Shown here piece after piece: positions 24,781 to 36,030 of a stretch of 64,000 bases of DNA (the first letter of the stretch is position 1; each line of letters begins with the position of its first letter). The translations under genes were made by a program, and so were the position numbers. Below the pieces are notes generated by a model. The model saw only the letters and a program-made list of their open reading frames with translations, was not told the DNA's origin and did not search any database. The stretch is from Carcharhinus amblyrhynchos (lineage: Eukaryota): NCBI GenBank assembly GCA_965287045.1, contig OZ336885.1, forward strand, positions 21,824,001 through 21,888,000, written 5' to 3'.

Positions 24781-26129
24781 CTGTACTGGTGCATTCTGAG
24801 ATATTGGCAAACTTTAATTTTCTTTGTGACTCCCACTTTCTTTCTGACTTTTACTTTGGGCTGCAGGAGAAATTTGGACAAAGAGGAGGGTTATGCTCTC
24901 CTTTTGTCTAAATTTCTCTTTTAAACAAATTATCTACATGACATCAATGGGGTCTTCCTCCAATCTTTACTAGATACATGAATGCACCTAGTCTCCTTAC
25001 AGCAAATCCAATCCCATACTTCTCTTTACCAATGCATCTGTTTTTCACAATGACCTAATAGCATTGAACCATCTAAGTTTCAGTTTCACTTTGTCTAGCC
25101 TTTTGCTTAATTTGCCATTGACATCAGGCTTAAACAAACTAAACTTTTGTCATTGGAGCTTGTTTGACCAATAACTTGTAAGGTGAGCAACCAGTTGTAA
25201 TCTGTGGGGTTATTCTACAAGAAAACATAAAATTATCGAACTTCTGTCAAAGGGTAATATGGAAATCACTGCCTAACTTAGCACATAGCAAATATATTGC
25301 AAAGATCTCTTCACAATTTGTACACTTCTTTTTGCAGCAGCATTGGACGCAAGGTGAAATGGTGTTATGAGAGTGTGATTGACTCGATTTTTACTCCAAA
25401 ATATTTCAAACTCCTCTGAGGTAAACTCTTGGGCCATTGTCTGACATTAACATTTCTAGCAACCCATAAATTGCAAACAGCTTCTCAAAACCTCATAGTT
25501 TTGGCATTTGTATAAATTCAAACTTTATCCAGCTGTTATGATTATTGACCAAAACAAGGTACTCTTTCTCTTCCACTTCCACAAAATTGCTATGTACTTG
25601 TTCCCATGATTTTCTTGTATTTGACCATTGAATGTAGAGAAAATAATACACAACTTTTCACAAATTCTTCAATATCTCTGATATCCTATGGCTTTTTGCT
25701 ACTGTTTTCATATAGACTATTTGTGTGGTCTTGATGTAGTTCCTCTAACAATCCCTCTCTAAACTTTTGGTGGAATAATGAATCTTAAACCCAAATGAAA
25801 CACTTAATCAACACTCAGTTCATTTCTATATGTGAAATATTCCTGTTTCTCATTGCATTACTGTTCATGCCAGCCATTCATGACATAATTGAGCATAAGA
25901 TCCCTGTGAGTTTCTTCACTAATTTCTCAGATAGACACTGACATTTCTGTATGTAAAGTAGTTCGCAAGCAACCTGATGTTTTCATGAGAAATCTCAAAG
26001 AACATCCACATAGCATGATCTGCTGACTTATGATATTGAATATCATACTGATGGGTCATAAAAGTAAACAACTTAGAGCTGTGCTGCCACTAGAGATTTC
26101 TTTGAACCAAATTGCTTAGGCTTCTCTGG

Positions 26130-27070
26130 CTCGTCCCTCTGATGTGGGAATGCCGGCGTTGGACTGGCGTAAACACAGTAAAAAGTCTGACAACACCAGG
26201 CTTTAGTCCAACCGATTTATTTGATAATACTCCCCTCTGAGCCAAGGATGACTTGCTTCCACGGTGATGAATCTCTGTTCAGCTTCTTCCCAAGTGCTTT
26301 TCTTCCCAGATACTTTTCTTCCACTTCGGGCAGTCTTGCGCCAGGGATTCCCAGGTATTAGTGGAGATGTCGCACTTTTTCAAGAAGATTTTGAGAGTGT
26401 CTTTGAAGCAATTCCTCTACCCTCCAGGCGCTTGCTAGTTGTATTGAAGATCCGAGTCGAATGCTTTTCTTGGGAATCTTGTGTGAGGCATTCGGGACGT
26501 TGTGGCCCGCCCAGCGGAGCTGATTAAGTGTGGTCAATGCTTCAATGCTGGGGATGTTGGGCTGGGCAAAAACACTGATATTGTGCAATACTCCTGCCAA
26601 TGGATTTGTAGGATTGTGCAGAAGCAGAGCTATTTTGGGGTTTTGAGATGCCTGCTGCATAGTCCATGTCTCTGAGACATATAGGACGGGTATCAATACT
26701 GCTCTGAAGACCACGAGTTTGGTGCCAGCTATGAGGGCTTGCCTTCAAACCACTCTTCCTCAGGCAACCCAAGCTATGTTGGCACACTGAAGGTGGTGTT
26801 GAACTTTGTCATTGATGGGAGCCTAGTGTCAAAGGGTGGACAAAATATAGAAAATGGTCCACATTGTGCAAGGTTACTGCGAATTTTGATAACTGGGGGC
26901 AGTTTGGTAGAGCATCTCTGTCTTATGGATGTTTAGTGTAAGGCCTATGCTTTCATACAAGGTGTTGGCGATGGCTTGGAGCTCTGTCTCCGAATGTGCA
27001 CAGATGCAAGCATCGTCTGCATACTGTAGTTCAGTTACAAGGATAACCTTAGATCTGGATTGCAGGTGGT
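26130..27070 (-). mobile_element. RTE (BovB-like) LINE 3' fragment
   Basis: ORF 26358-26714 VFRAVLIPVLYVSETWT...PSIEALTTLNQLRWAGH; ELQYADDACICAHSETELQ near 26980-27035. Confidence 0.88.
26143..26232 (-). repeat. Short dispersed repeat, probably a Penelope terminal fragment; further copies at 49028-49130 and 50049-50118
   Basis: Near-identical to 50049-50106 (aacacagtaaaaagtctgacaacaccagg.tttagtccaaccgatttatttgata); flanked by CCCTCTGA at 26135-26142 and 26233-26240. Confidence 0.7.
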
Positions 27071-27824
27071 AGGAGATTTAGATTTATTCTGCAGGTTCAT
27101 TGTCAGGGCTAGGGTGTCAGTTAACAAAGTGAATTTCCTACCATATAGGCACTTGCGTAACTTTATAACATATATGATGACTAATGCCTCTTTCCCAATT
27201 TCAGTAATATTGCTGTGGCTTTGTTAACAAACATGAAGTGGATACAAACCCTTGGGGTGAGGTATCATGTGCTAAAACCAGTTGTTACTTAGAATCACTG
27301 TGGGCCGAAACAGCATTGTTATTCAGTAATTAATTCACTTCTTCAATTGCCGTCTGGCACTCTACAGATCACTCCCAAGTTATTTAATCTTTGGACAGTT
27401 GATATAATGGGGGAAATATATTAGCTAAGTCAGGGAGGAACTTAGGACATTCATTGGAATTGTTGTGTATTGCTGTCTGGTCTCTGCCTTCAAAATGTCT
27501 TCAACCTTGTCCTAGGGTGAATGGATATCTTCAACAGCCATTTGTTAACCCAGGTATATTACACTTGACACCATGAAGTAACACTCATCTTGTTTCGTTT
27601 TGATGCCATACTCTTGAAGTTGATCTAAGACTGTTTGCTTTGCATGTATGGGTTTGAATCCCAGCATTTTGCCATCTTTGTGATGTTTTGGACTGGAAAT
27701 AACTCACACGAATACGCTATTCAATTTGCCATGTTGTTACGCAACCTTTGTTCACAACTCTCAACCGAGTGACAGTATCACTGTATGACTAGCTGTTATA
27801 TTACAATGTGGAAGTCATTTGTGA

Positions 27825-29310
27825 CTTGGATAAGAGCTGCTTTGATACTGTGGCGAGGCCGAATTTGATTGATGGGATTCAAACATGTATTACGATCCCA
27901 GGTGATGTTATTACAGAACAATCTGGCTCAATAGATCCTAAATTTTATCTTTTTGTTTAGATACATCGATGAACAGATTCACAGGACTACCACGGAACTT
28001 GTAATAAAATAAAACATTCTTTAAACAAGAAAAGTTTGACATAGTACACTACTTTTCACCCAGTTATACTTTTCAAGATAGACAAATTCGTAAGAATAAC
28101 AAGTTAAACAATTTATTTTATACTCTAATGTTCTCAGTAAGTACACAGTTCATGTAAACCAATAGGTAAAATGTGGTCAGACACTTTACATTCTGAAATA
28201 ACGTGACTGATGCCACCCAATCAACAGCAGATTTTTCATCAATTCCATCCAGACGCTTGTCACACTATGAAATAATTGGTCATACTGGAACTCTGACTTT
28301 AACATGAGGGTTTCCAAACTCCACTCTCAAAAAACACACCTTCAGACCACTTCTCAGCTTCACCAAGGATCCATTTCCAGGGTTTCAAACTTTCAGTCCA
28401 GTATTCCTATGCCCTGGTCATCACTTGCAGTCATGTTTCCACATAATCTCTCATGCCAACAGCTTCACAGGATGTATTAAGGTGGCATCAACCTTTTGAT
28501 CACCGGATATCTGGCTTCTCACAAGCCAATTTTATATCTGCTTCCTGCAGCTGTCTCTACTTCAGAGCCCTTTTTCTGCATCTTGCTTTAATTTCTAAGT
28601 TCACTAAACAGAACCCTTTTTCCAGAGTCCTATTCTTTGACCCTTTGACTTCACAGTCTTCATGGAACTCCTCTGCCCAATTCCCTGGTTTCTGGGATGT
28701 TCTGTTCTTTAATTTGGGCCTTGTGCTCTGTCCTTCTGCATTGTCCTGCCTTTTCTAGCAGTTTTCTGGGAAATTTCCTAGGTAACCTACTTGCAACTGT
28801 ATGAACAGTTTCTGCTTTTCTGAGTGGGTTGTTAAGCAGCTGCCTAGTTTTATTTTTTAAAATCCCATATTTGCTCTATCATTGTAAACCTCATTACAAC
28901 CCCTACAGACTTTTTTTTTACATAAAGCAAAAACTGAGGTTTTAACACTTTCTTGGCACAAAATACAGAAGTACAAATTAAGCTTAAACTTAAAGATATA
29001 TCTTATTTTTAATGCGCACAAAAACAAAAATAAATTACTTAAATGTATTTTTAAGTAAATAAAAGCAATCTCACTTTCCTAACACACGGAATTCCAGGAA
29101 AGACAAATACAAATGTGAGATGTAAGAACATGTTCAAGAACTTTAAATAGGAAAGGGAGGTTGGAGATGAGGCAGTAATTTGCCAGAATGGAGGTGTCAA
29201 TTTTTTTTTTAAGCAAGGGTGGTGACACCATGATTGAAGGAGAGGGCGTAGTACCTGAGGGTAGAGAAACGTTAACAAGATCTGCTAATAAGGAAACAAG
29301 GAGGAATGTT
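27825..29310 (-). mobile_element. L2 LINE fragment split by a solo LTR
   Basis: ILANYCLISNLPFLFKVLEH...SWNS (ORF 29079-29384) continues as MFESHQSNSASPQ at ~27845-27887. Confidence 0.8.
27888..29084 (-). mobile_element. Solo LTR (~1.2 kb)
   Basis: TATTACG...CCTAACA ends (decayed TGTT..AACA); TSD CATG (27884-27887) / CACG (29085-29088); L2 sequence rejoins across it. Confidence 0.8.
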
Positions 29311-29349
29311 AGAAAGAAATAAATGGTGCTTCTGACATATCTGTGCTTT

Positions 29350-30390
29350 TCAAGGTTTCCCCCACCTTGTGGTTTACAGGACACTCAGAGTTTGACCCTT
29401 TTCCTGCACCTCTGCCCTCACCTCTTCCCCTCCTTCCCATAACCATGATAGGGTCCTGCTTGTCCTCACTTTCCATCCCACCAGCCTCTGCATTCAAAGG
29501 GCTATGCTCTGCCAAATCCAGCATGATACCACCATAAAATACATTTTTCCTTCACCTCCCGGCCAACATTCTGCAAGGGAAGGTGCAGGGAAGCAGAGGG
29601 ATAGTCCCTCTGTTACATCCTGATCCGTTCCTCCATCACACCAAACTCCTCATTCCCTTCCAATCACAGAAGGTGCAACAAACACCTGCCCCTTTATGTC
29701 CTCCCTCCTCATTGTTCAAGGTCTCAAGCACCTCATTCAGGCAAAGCAACATTTCACTTGCACCACCTTCAATTTGATCTATTTTATTTGTTGCTTCCAT
29801 AGCAGTCTTCTCTACATTGAAGAGACTAAACACAGACTGGGTGATCACTTTACAGAACAATTTTGCTACGCCTGCCAGCATGATCCCAACCATCCTCTTG
29901 CTTGCCATTCAGCTCAGCATTGTGTTTGCATGCCCACATATTCATCGTTGCTGCTGCAATGCTCTCATGAAACCAAACGCAAACTAGCGGAGCCCCTTAT
30001 CTTCCGATTATGAATGTTATAGCCCTCAGACTTGACATCATGTTCAACAACTTTAGATTGTGTCCTTTTTTCTATCTTCCCCTTTTTCGCATATCCTAAG
30101 CATTTTTTTTCTTACTATGCGAAAATCCTCTCCCTTCCCCAGCAGGTCATCTGTCACTTGTTCTTAGGTTTTGTTACAATCTGTCACAGAAACCAGTAAT
30201 CACTGTCCAAGCTGTTCTACCCCCTCTTGTATATAATCACATTTTTCCCTCTCTTTAGTTCTGAAGAATTATCATGGGAACTCAAAGCATTAACTGTTTT
30301 CTCTCCTTACAAATGCTGCCAGACCTGAATTCTTCCAATTTTCTCATTCAGTTTCAGATTCCAGCATCCACAGTTTTTTGCTTTTTAGAA
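29350..30390 (+). mobile_element. Penelope-like element 3' part (GIY-YIG endonuclease plus terminal repeat)
   Basis: ORF 29696-30013 HFTCTTFNLIYFICCFHSSLLYIEETKHRLGDHFTEQ...LAEPLIFRL; terminal repeat ~30257-30385. Confidence 0.88.
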
Positions 30391-31092
30391 AAGTTGGGTA
30401 GTCAGTAGCTTAGTGGGAGAAGAATCTAGAGAAGAGATTAGTCTCATGCACAAGATCAGCTCAGAGAAGGTGTGAGAAGAGATAGGAGAGAGATTAGTTG
30501 AGGGCTTAGGGCAGGAGTGAGCTTTCAACAAAATTTGGTGTTAGTGAGTTATAGAAACGTAGGGGGGAGTGGCAGAGACAGCTGATTGGTGTCAGTATTA
30601 ATAAAAGAAATTTGTAGGCTCTTTGCACTAGTTGTTGGAAATGAGGAGGAGACAGTGTGAACAGTTTTTGTCTTCTTTATCTAAACAAAGATACATTGGC
30701 ATTGGATACAGTCCAGAGAGCGGTCACTAGGTTGACCCTGAGTATGGAGGGATTTTCTAATGAGGAGAGGTTGGGTCTGCACTCATTAGAGTTTAGAAGA
30801 ATGAGGGACATATAGGATTCTCAGGGGTGGGGGTGCACTTGACAGGGTTGATACTGAAAGGTTGTTTCTCTTTGTGGGACAGTCTAGAATCATAAAGCAT
30901 AACAGAGTAAGGAGTCACCCATCTAAGGCAGAGATGAGGAGATTTCTTCCGAGGGTAGTGAATTCTTTAATACAGAGGACTGCAGAGGTTGGGTTGTTAA
31001 GTAGATTCAAGGCTGAGATAGATTTTGAATTAGGAAGGGGATTAAGGGTTATGGAGTTAAAGTGGATCTTAGAATTATCAGATTAATAATGC

Positions 31093-32847
31093 AAGACTTC
31101 TTGAGAAGGTGAGAGGGCATGGGATCCAGGGGGCTTTGGCCTTGTGGATCCAGAACTGGCTTGCCTGCAGAAGGCAGAGAGTGGTTGTGGATGGGTCTTT
31201 TTCTGCATGGAGGTCGGTCACCAGTGGAGTGCCCCAGGGATCTGTTATAGGACCCTTGCTGCTTGTCGTTTTCATAAATGACCTGGATGAGGAAGTGGAG
31301 GGATGGGTTAGTAAGTTCACCGACGATACGAAGGTTGGTGGTGTTGTGGGTAATCTGGAGGGATGTCAGAAGTTGCAGCGTGACATAGATAGGATGCAGG
31401 ACTGGGTGGAGAAGTGGCAGATGGACTTCAACGCGGATAAATGTGTAGTGGTCCATACTGGCAGGACCAATGGGATGAAGGAGTACAATATCAAGGCTGG
31501 GAGTCTCAGCAGTGTTGACGAGCAGAAGGATCTTGGGGTCTGGGTCCATAGGACTCTTAAATCGGCCTCGCAGGTGGAGGATGTGGTCAAGAAGGTATGG
31601 TGTACTGGCCTTCATTAATCGAGGGATTGAGTTTAGGAGTCGGGAGGTAATGCTGCAACTTTATAAGATCCTTGTCAGACCCCACTTGGAGTACTGTGCG
31701 CAGTTCTGGTCGCCTCACTACAGGAAGGATGTGGAAGCTATTGAGAGGGTGCAGAGGAGATTTACAAGGATGTTAAAAACATAAGAAATAGGAGGAGTAG
31801 GCCATCTAGCCCCTCGAGCCTGCTCCGCCATTCAATAAGATCATGGCTGATCTGTCGTGTCTCAGTTCCACATTCCCGCCCTCTCCCCATAACCCTTAAT
31901 CCCCTTGCCTATCAAAAACCTATCAACCTGCGTCTTAAAAATATTTCGCGAGGCAGCCTCCGCCACTTCAACGGGCAGAGAATTCCAGAGATTCACCACC
32001 CTTTGAGTGAAGAAGTTCCTCCTCAACTCCGTTCTAAACCGCCCCCCCTTTATCTTGAGGCTGTGCCCTCTAGTCCTACTGTCCTTTCTGAGCGGGAAGA
32101 GCCTCTCCACCTCTATCCTATCCATCCCATTCATCATCTTATACGTCTCAATGAGATCTCCTCTCATTCTTCTAAACTCTAACGAGTACAAGCCTAGTTT
32201 ATTCAGCCTCTCCTCATAGTTCAACCCCCTCAACTCCGGTATCAGCCTAGTAAACCTCCTCTGCACTCCCTCCAAGGCCAAAATATCCTTGCGTAAGTGC
32301 GGCAACCAAAACTGCACACAGTACTCCAGCTGCAGCCTCACCAGTGCCCTATACAGCTGCAGCAAGACCTCCCTACTTTGATATTCAATCCCTCTCGCTA
32401 TGAAGGCCTGGTTGCCTGGATTGGGAGGCATGCCTTATGAAGATAGGTTGAGGGAGCTAGGTCTCTTCTCCCTGGAGAGACGAAGGTCAAGAGGCAAGCT
32501 GATAGAGGTTTATAAAATGTTGAGAGGAATAGATAGGGTGGATTCTTGGAGGCTATTTCCCAGGGCTGAAATGGTTGCTACGAGAGGACACAGGTTTAAG
32601 GTGCTGGAAAGCAACTACAGAGGAGTTGTTAGGGGTAAGTTTTTCACTGAGGGTGGTGAGGGAGTGGAATCGGCTACCGTCGGTGGTGGTAGAGGCAAAC
32701 TCGCTGGGGTCTTTTAAAAGACTTCTGGATGAGTACATGGGATTTAATGGGATTGGGAGTTACAGATAGTTCTTTGGCCTGGTAGATATGGATATGATCG
32801 GCGCAACTTGTGGGCCGAAGGGCCTGTTTGTGCTGTAGTGTTCTATG
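31093..32847 (+). mobile_element. Younger CR1 (RT to 3' end) with 10-bp TSD
   Basis: ORF 31109-31618 SGVPQGSVIGPLL...SKFTDDTKVGG; TTCTATG tail; TTAATAATGC at 31083-31092 and 32848-32857. Confidence 0.93.
31775..32410 (-). mobile_element. Youngest CR1, antisense insertion in the preceding CR1
   Basis: Uninterrupted ORF2 C-terminus (ORF 31862-32431); splits host RRFTRML|PGLGG; GTT at 31772-31774 and 32411-32413. Confidence 0.93.
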
Positions 32848-33383
32848 TTAATAATGCTATCATTGAATGGGGAAGCAGACTCAATGGACTGAATAGCCTA
32901 TATTTGCTCCAGTGTTTTATGATCTTAAGACAACAATTTGTAGTTGAGAAAATAAACCAGGCATTACCATTGCATTGCAGGTTGACCCTGGAACAGTGAA
33001 CAGTTTTAGTAGCTAACAGCAAAACCTGATGGTGCTTTACATGTCCAGCCATATCTGATGGTCAATGGTTGTTATCCACCAGATCCATTTTGTCTGGATC
33101 CCTTGCACTTAAGGAAGCAGAGATGGGGGTCTGACCAGATGGAATGGTCATGGTGAGAGTGATGGTTTTAACAGAGACAAGACCTTGAAGGTAGACGTGA
33201 GGCTGTGGTTGAGCAAATTGAAACTGTAGAAATGCTGTGATTAATGGAGGGCAAAAAAGCCAAATGTAAAAAAATCTATCTGGGACTTTGAAGGTGAAGT
33301 TGCAAATAAATTGGGGGAGTGAAGGCAACTAAGGGATTTAACGTGAACTGCAAGTGGCTGCCACTGACATCAAGTATAGAATC

Positions 33384-33521
33384 AAGATAAGCGCAAAATA
33401 CTGCGGATGCTGCAATCTAAATCAAAAACAGAAAAATACTGGAAAACCTCAGCAGTTCTGACAGCATCTGTGGAGAGAGAGTACAGCCAACATTTCGAGT
33501 CTAATGACCCTTTGTTAGAGC
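33384..33521 (-). repeat. Solo Penelope-type terminal repeat with decayed hammerhead
   Basis: Reverse complement GCTCTAACAAAGGGTCATTAGACTCGAAATGTTGGCT...CCACAGATGCTGTCAG; same family as the Penelope tails at 22.4, 30.3 and 44.8 kb. Confidence 0.75.
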
Positions 33522-33529
33522 GCGAGGTG

Positions 33530-33875
33530 CTTGAATAAAATTAGGAGTCAGGAGATAAACTGGCTGGAGTTATACCTCACACAAACAGAGATGGTTGTCA
33601 TTGTTGGAGGCCAATCACCTGAGCCCTGGGACATTTCTCAGGAGTTCTCCAGTGTCTCAGACCCCAACCATCTTCAGCTGCTTCATCAATTACCTTCCAT
33701 CAGAAAAGAGAATGTGGGTTGATGGCTACACAGTGTTCAATTCCATTCACAACTCCTCAGACAATGAAGCAGTCCATGCCTGCATAAAGACCTGGAGAAC
33801 AATCAACCCTGGGCTGTTAAGTGGCATATGAAATTCACACCACACAAGTGTCATGCAATGAGCATTTCCAACAAA
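33530..33875 (+). mobile_element. CR1/L2-group LINE RT fragment
   Basis: WLELYLTQTEMVVIVGGQS...PTIFSCFINYLPS RT-like motifs. Confidence 0.7.
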
Positions 33876-33974
33876 AGTAGTGGTTAAGTAGCTGAGGGAC
33901 AGGAAACACTGATGACTGGGGTTATTTGTACTAGTGGAGATTGCTGAGAGTCTGTACCAGAACTAGTTTTCCTC

Positions 33975-34108
33975 AAGATAAAAGCAAATTACAGCAAGTG
34001 TTGGAATCTGAAACGAAAACAGAAAATACTGGAAGATCTCAGCAGGTCTGACAGCATCTGTGGAAAACAGAGCTAAAATTTCAAGTCTCGATTCCCTTCG
34101 TCAGAGCT
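33975..34108 (-). repeat. Solo Penelope-type terminal repeat with decayed hammerhead
   Basis: Reverse complement AGCT-CTGACGA-AGGGAATCGAGACTT-GAAATTTT-AGCT; same boundaries as the 33384-33521 copy. Confidence 0.78.
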
Positions 34109-34244
34109 GGCTCTCCTCTCTCGTCATACCTGCCTGTCTCCCAGTCAGCCCTGGAAACTAGAGCCTCGGGTCGCCAAGTGTGAACCAGCCCATTCCAAAG
34201 GCTCGGGAGTCCCAGCTACTTTGGCCACTGGCTGCCAAATGAGT

Positions 34245-34575
34245 TGCTCAAAATCATAAGGGGTCTGGACAGAACAGATAGGGAGAAAATGTTAAAGGAA
34301 AGTCAGCAGAGGATGCTGATTCAAGGTGCAGAGCAGAAGGTCCAAAGGAGACACCAAGAAAGATCTTTTAAAGGATCTGGACTGCACTGCCTGAGAACCT
34401 GATGGAGGTATATTCAATTGTAACTTGAAAAGGGAATTAGGTAATGATCTAAATAGACAAAAAATTGCTGCACCACAGGGAAAGGGTGGGGGAATGGGAC
34501 CCAAGGGAGTTATACTTGATGAGAGCCAGCATAAGAGACCAAATTACCTCCTTCTGTGCCATAACCATAGTATGA
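34245..34575 (+). mobile_element. Degenerate CR1 3' end
   Basis: aaaatcataaggggtctggacagaacagatagggagaaa...cctccttctgtgccataaccatagtatgactgta. Confidence 0.6.
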
Positions 34576-35379
34576 CTGTAACTAATTTTAAGCTTAGTTA
34601 CAACTGTATAAGTTTTGACAATACTCACGTGGGGTGAATCATTTGACCTTACAAAATACTCCAAAAGAAACCTGCTCGTTTTTGCATGTTTGATTTTAAA
34701 TTAGCAATCCATCCTTTCCTTTTCTTGCAAAAGGAAGTCCTTCATTGCAATGCAAAATTCATTACAGCAATCTGAATGCAAGTCTAAAGACTCTTACAGA
34801 AAAGTAAAAACGAGCTTAGTTCATCCTCTATATTCCATTGAAAGCAATCACACCTCAAAGCCTGATTGCAGTTTTACTGATATAATCGAGTAACTAAAAA
34901 AAATCAAGTTGTTTAACCATTTTCGAAGCAACTTATACTTCTGTAAACTTTACCTTACCCTCTACCAAAGTTTCCACAATATTGTCGTAGTAATGATGGG
35001 TTACTAATATTACACCTTAATATATAAACAGAACTAGAAAACAGATTTGATTTGGGGTTTAAATAAATTAATTCAACTGTTTGTTAATCCAGTCTGTGGA
35101 CACTGATAACTGAGAATCTGGTTGTCGTTTTTGCTAGGGGAAAAAAAATGAAGTGATAACTTTCAGTTGCATAACTTAGAATTAAAAAGTGGAATTATTC
35201 TGTTATGATTCCCCCATCAGCCGTTAACAGTTTAATGTTATCAGGTGGAACCCTTACCCTGTTGGTCCTGACCCGACCCCGATTCATTAACGGCTCCTCT
35301 CTTTTTGTTTTCCCCCTCCCTGATGACTGGCTCCTTTCTCTCTTCCTTGGCACACCTGGCTGTCTGCCTACCTGGCTCC

Positions 35380-35950
35380 CCGGCTCCCCGCCTCCCCGAC
35401 CAGCCCCTTCACAGCCAGACCTTCCCCCCAAATTCAACCGCCCAGCGCGAGCCAGCTCGCTCCTAGCAGCTCGAGACTCCCTGCTACGGTGGCCGCTGGC
35501 TGCCAAATGAGCCGCGCCGCGCCGCGCGGCGGCGGAGTGCGTGACGTCAGGGCCCCGTCTCCATCCATCCCCATCTGTCAGCCCCGCTGATGCTTGCTTG
35601 GCTCGCCTCCGTCTATCGCCGGATTCGTCAACCCCGCGTACCCCCACCACCTCCTCCTCCTCCCATCCCGCTGTGCTCCTTCCTCCACCCCCCCCCCACT
35701 CTTTTTTCCAGGATCCCTTCCGCTCGCGACCTCCTCGCGACCCCCCCCCCCTCCTTTCCACACCTCCTTTCCATTTCCAACCGTCAGGGAGTCGCCGATT
35801 GCCCTCTGTCTCTGCCCCCCCCCCCCCCCCCCACCACCATAACCACCTCCCCATCTCCTCCTTTTCAGGGCTCAGCCGGCGGGCGCATTAGGTGAGTGCC
35901 GGCGCTGGGCGATCTTCTGGGAGAAGTGGAGGAGTAAGTGAGAGCAGCTT
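35380..35950 (+). promoter_or_regulatory. NOL4L: CpG island; probable internal NOL4L promoter and non-coding first exon
   Basis: Only CpG-dense non-repeat stretch in a CpG-depleted window; TGACGTCA (CRE) 35542-35549; GC-box-like tracts; donor TAG|GTGAGT at 35891/35892. Confidence 0.8.
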
Positions 35951-35970
35951 TGGATCTGCCAGTGTTGTTG

Positions 35971-36030
35971 GAGGGGAGGGAAGGCGCGGGGTGGGGGGGG
36001 GGGGGGTGGTGGGGGAGGTGGTGGTGGGAA
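35971..36030 (+). other. G-run cluster, potential G-quadruplex
   Basis: Multiple runs of three or more G (GGGG, GGGGG, long poly-G, GGGGG, GGG) just downstream of the donor. Confidence 0.6.

Larger units (their letters stand above)
24790..27830 (-). mobile_element. Second, older Ty3/Gypsy pol remnant (RT/RH/IN), interrupted by an RTE
   Basis: Minus strand GLRFIIPPKFREGLLEELHQDH (~25730-25793), LMSDNGP (~25430-25450), RH-like LTKPQQYY..IGKEAL (~27180-27225). Confidence 0.75.
30685..32928 (+). mobile_element. Old CR1 3' fragment hosting nested CR1 insertions
   Basis: gagtttagaagaatgagg...LPRVVNSL...ggattaagggttatgg before 31092; its 3' UTR (attgaatggggaagcag...ttttatgatctta) resumes after 32857. 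Confidence 0.8.

Noticed and set aside
35195-35895. Overlapping ORFs up to 219 aa in the CpG island
   Set aside because: Low-complexity Gly/Pro/Arg translations expected from GC-rich DNA; no recognisable domain
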